A DNA stretch of 64,000 nt from Eledone cirrhosa (taxonomy: Eukaryota): positions 25,730,001 to 25,794,000 of the forward strand of contig OZ024753.1 in NCBI GenBank assembly GCA_964016885.1, given 5' to 3'. Below, piece after piece: positions 59,980 through 64,000 of the stretch; within the stretch, counting starts at the first letter, position 1; each line of letters begins with the position of its first letter. Under the pieces are notes generated by a model that had not been told where the DNA came from, did not search any database, and was given only the letters and a program-made list of their open reading frames with translations. Position numbers and translations under genes: made by a program.

Positions 59980-60357
59980 ACACAAGAAACAAAAAACTGT
60001 TAAACATTATTTATAATAACAATTTGGTAAAAACCGAAGGGCCTAACTTCACCCAGGCAGGGGATTTCCCCCTCCTCAAAATGATAAACGCCCCAATGGA
60101 CATTTACAACACGTTAAAAGACACTTTTAAAGAGGGTGTGGTGCCCCCCTGCGTCAGACTCATTAACCGTGTCCTCCTAACCCCCCCCAGACAATCAGAC
60201 ACCCACACAACTCCAAACACCCCAACCCCACCACACACTAATTCCCCTACACTTCCACAAACCACCACCCAACAACCCATCCCTCACCCCCATGTAAATT
60301 GTGCGGCCCAGTCCCCGGGACGCAGAGAGGTAAGTGCCTTGTCTCTTTACCAGAACA

Positions 60358-63300
60358 TGGCTGTGTTGAGAATAGGTTGTCTAAATGCGCGTGGCCTGGG
60401 CTCACCTTGGATGCAAGAAATGCTTCTAAATGACCTCAGGTCACGATATATAAATGTGATGGTCATTTGCGAGGCCCGGATCAGCAGCGTGCGACAGCTG
60501 GCCCCCCACCTTTGATGACTTTGAGATGCACGCATCTCTCTGTCAGCCCGGAGGTGGGAGTGGAGTTGTCGTTCTGCTGCAAAAACATCTGGGTCTCGCC
60601 ACACAGATAGTTCACTTGGACCCAGGGGGTCGACTGGAGGTGCTGGACCTTGTCAATGGTGAAGGTGGAGCCTTTAGGCTGGTAGCCGCATATGCCCCTT
60701 TTGGGACAGAGCGGACCGTCTTCTTCCATCGTCTGGAGTCTTTTCTAGAGACGTCCCGTTCCCTGCTTTTAGTGGGGGACTGGAATGGTATCCTGGATGC
60801 ACGTTGGGATTATGCAGGGGCATGTCCCAATAGAGAGGGGTGTAACAGCCTCAAGGAGTTACTCGGCCGATTTGACCTGGCCGATAGATTTCGACTAGAT
60901 TTTCCGACTGTGCCAACCTGGTCTTGGTCAAACCGCAGCGGTCAATCTAGATCGTACCTAGATAGGTTCTTAGTTAGAAATAAGAACAGAGACTTTTTAA
61001 GTTGTCCAGAAATGCTCATGGTTGGCTATTCAGACCACAAGTTAGTAACCTGCAAGGTAAACTTTGATAAAACGCATAGACAGGGACCCGGTTACTGGAA
61101 GCTGAACTTGTCCCTACCGGCAAGTAAAGCTTACAGGAACCGGATTAGTACGTTAGTTAAGGAGCGGTTGACTGGAGCGATCGTCAACAGCAGGTGGTGG
61201 ATATCTCTAAAGAGAGAGATTAGATTAGTCTCGATAGAATTTAGTAAGGTTTTAGCTGCGGATAGGAATAGGAAGGAAAGCGAGCTGATAGACAGAGTAG
61301 AAGAGGCAATTAGAAGCTGCGACGTGGCCAGAGTGCTAACGTCGAGAAGGGCTTTGAGCCAGTTTTCCGACGCGAAGCACGAAGGCTGCGTTGTCCAAAG
61401 TAAAATACGTGCTCTAGGAAATGAGGGGACCAAAGCTGTTAGCTGGGCCCGCGTGACAGAAGCCAAGAGTGGAATTAAATCCACCATCCGGTCTTTACAA
61501 GACCAGGATGGACGGGCGATCCTTGAACCTAAGCAGATGTGTGAGGCCTTTCAAAGGCACTTTGCCCGATTGTTGGGAAGGGGCGAGGAGCCGGTTGGAG
61601 AAGTGGACTTCGGTCCATACCTCGACGGCGTGCCGCGTCTTTTGGACGAGGAGGCGAAGTCCTGCGAGGAGCCGATTTCAGCCGCTGAGATAGAGGACCT
61701 AATGAGCCAATGCGGAAAACGCAAGTCCCCGGGTCTCGATGGTCTTCTATACGAACTATATCTAGCTATGCCGGACTTGTTCCCCGATCTCCTCGAGGCG
61801 GTCTACTGCAACTGGCAACAGAACGGGAGAATTCCGTTCTGTGATCAAGGGCGTAGTCACACTAGTGAGGAAGGACGAGAACAAGGGGGACGAAATAAGT
61901 AACTTCAGGCCCATAACTCTTCTAAATACAGAGTTACAAATTTTGGCCAAGGTGTTAGCAATGAGGTTGGCGCTTGTCGTGGGCAACCTGGTAGGAGATG
62001 CGCAGACATGTGCTATCCCGTCCAGGTCCATCCACGACAACCTCCACCTCATGCGATACATCATAGAGAGGGTTGGGAACGAACCCGGCTTTGGTGGGGC
62101 CCTGATCAACTTGGATCAATCTAAGACGTTCGATAGGGTAGACCATGGTTACCTGGATGCGGTGCTAGCGGCGGCAGGCTTCGGACTCGTTTTCAGGGGC
62201 TGGATCACTGCTATGCACAGCAGCCGCATCTGCTCTAGAGTCAAGGTGAACGGCTACCTCTCGGAGCCGTTCGAAATCGCGCGGTCCATCCGACAGGGTG
62301 CCCTCTCTCCTCCCTTCTTATGTATTGACTCTCGAGCCACTACTGCGGATATTGGAGTTGTTGCAGGGTATCCCTTTGGAACCGGGATTGCGGAAAGCGG
62401 TGTCGGCCTACGCCGATGACGTGACAGTAATGGTGTCGACGGCCTCCGAAATCGGGCGATCGGCACATTACTGGAGGAGTACGAAAGGTTTACAGGGGCT
62501 AAGCTGAACCGGAAAAAGTCGATCGGTTTGTAACTCGGCACGTGGAGGGAGAAACCGATGCACTCCGATGGCGTCGTCGGACGCTGGACGGAGGGCCCGG
62601 TGAAGTTGCTCGGGGCTGGTTCGGACCAGACCTCCAGGTGGAGAAGAACTGGCGTGAGGTTACGAACAGGGTGTTTGCACTGAACAAGAAGTGGGCAAGT
62701 TGCAAACTATCCCTGAAAGGACGGGTGGAGGTGGCGAACACCTATATAGCGTCCGTCATCTACTACCGCCTGACCGCCGTGCCTTGCCCAAGGGAAACCC
62801 TCGCCAAGATGGAGCGCGCAATCTTCCAATTCCTTTGGAAGAAGCGGGCTCCTTTGGTGAGGAGATCCATCTGCTGTCAACACCCTTCGAAAAGAAGGCT
62901 GGGAATGCCGTGGTTAATGATGCGTAAACACCCATTAAGGCTACGACACCTCCACGCATTCCTCACCGGTCAACCGGTGTGGGCCCCGTTTGTGAGACGA
63001 ACCTTTCCCAGACTCGTCTCACTCACCGAGCTGCAATCCTGGGTCAAGCAAAGACCGAGAAAACTGGGCGCCTGGCACACTGAGTGTGCCCAGGCGCTCA
63101 CGGCCCTCTGGCAAGCGGACCCGGTTGTCAGTGGAGACTCCACCTCGACATTCTATAGATGGCTGATTAGCAGCAGATGCGACGACGCCCTCGGAGAAGC
63201 TCTAGACATGGAGGAAGACGAACTGGCCAGCCTGTTCGGTAGGACATTCAGCCTGGGACCTATGGACAACTCCCTGAAGTCCCTAGCCTGGCAGTGCTAC

Positions 63301-63789
63301 CGAGGGGCTTTACCAGTTCGAGGAAAGCTCTACAGACACGGGCGCCCGGATAGGCACCCCGCCAAAAAGATCTGTCCCAGATGCGTGTGCGACGAGGAAA
63401 CCGTTGCACACGCATTAGTACACTGCTCGGGCGTTGCCGATCTGTGGGGCTATGTCGAACGACTGCTGTCACGGGTGGGACCGATCCGGTTGACCACCGA
63501 AGCCATTGTAACGATTAAGCCGCCTCCCCTCTTCAAGAATGAAGGAGAGGTGGTGTTTCTGTACGTAATAGCCATGGTGAAAGAGGTTGTATGGTGGACG
63601 TGTCTGAAAGGGCTGAGGTCAGACACCTTTCTCTCTGGCCAACAACTGGTCCTTTTCTTCCGATATCATTTCGGAAGAAGGATCAGGATGGAGAGAAAGG
63701 TGCTCCACCCCAGCCAGTTTTATGAAAGGTGGGTGAAAGTGGCGAGAATTGCCCGTGTGAATGGGCCATCTATCTACATCAGCCTGTAG
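60358..63789 (+). pseudogene. Tx1/L1-like ORF2 (APE + RT + CCHC), several stops and frameshifts
   Basis: GCLNARGL, AYAP, GDWN, SYLDR, SDHK, GPGYWKLN, KSPGLDG, NFRPITLLN, LDQSKTFD, YADD, CPRC...ETVAHALVHC. Confidence 0.92.
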
Positions 63790-64000
63790 ATGGAAAAGAT
63801 GAAGTAACGAGGGAGCCCCCTCTCTCTGTGCTCCTGAGGAGAAGGGTTGCACACTTTATTCGGGGGTGTGTGCGACCCCCCAAAACGCCTCCTCCCTATT
63901 GAGGACTTTATTGTTAATTTTATATTTATTTGTTTTCTTTATTCGCCTTTTTGTGTAAACTCCCCCTTGTATTTGTCCCCTTCTTTTGTGCCCCTGTGGC

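Overview
Eukaryotic, almost entirely repeat-derived window with no recognisable host gene. The (TA)n/(TACA)n density and the SINE types suggest a coleoid cephalopod such as an octopus (inference). Coding content is all transposon-derived: a decayed CR1-group LINE, a Helitron with an uninterrupted Rep-helicase ORF, five Penelope-like element (PLE) remnants, a tandem array of Dong/R4 elements in (TAA)n (one with an intact 1130-aa ORF), a decayed RTE and a decayed Tx1/L1. Non-coding repeats include a non-autonomous LTR element, SINEs, MITE-like elements and satellites. The main signal lies in the short islands between the (TA)n tracts, where I read about 18 type I hammerhead ribozyme (HHR) motifs by eye, some canonical and some variant or degraded. 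Four islands (9.2, 10.6, 14.2 and 20.8 kb) share one ORF-less architecture: a 550-630 bp monomer with one HHR, present as about 1.2-1.5 tandem units, ending about 260-290 nt downstream of the predicted cleavage site at a TA-rich motif fused to (TA)n. This suggests a retrozyme-like, possibly circular-RNA-derived, microsatellite-targeting retroelement group mobilised by PLEs. All structures were folded by eye and none was computed.
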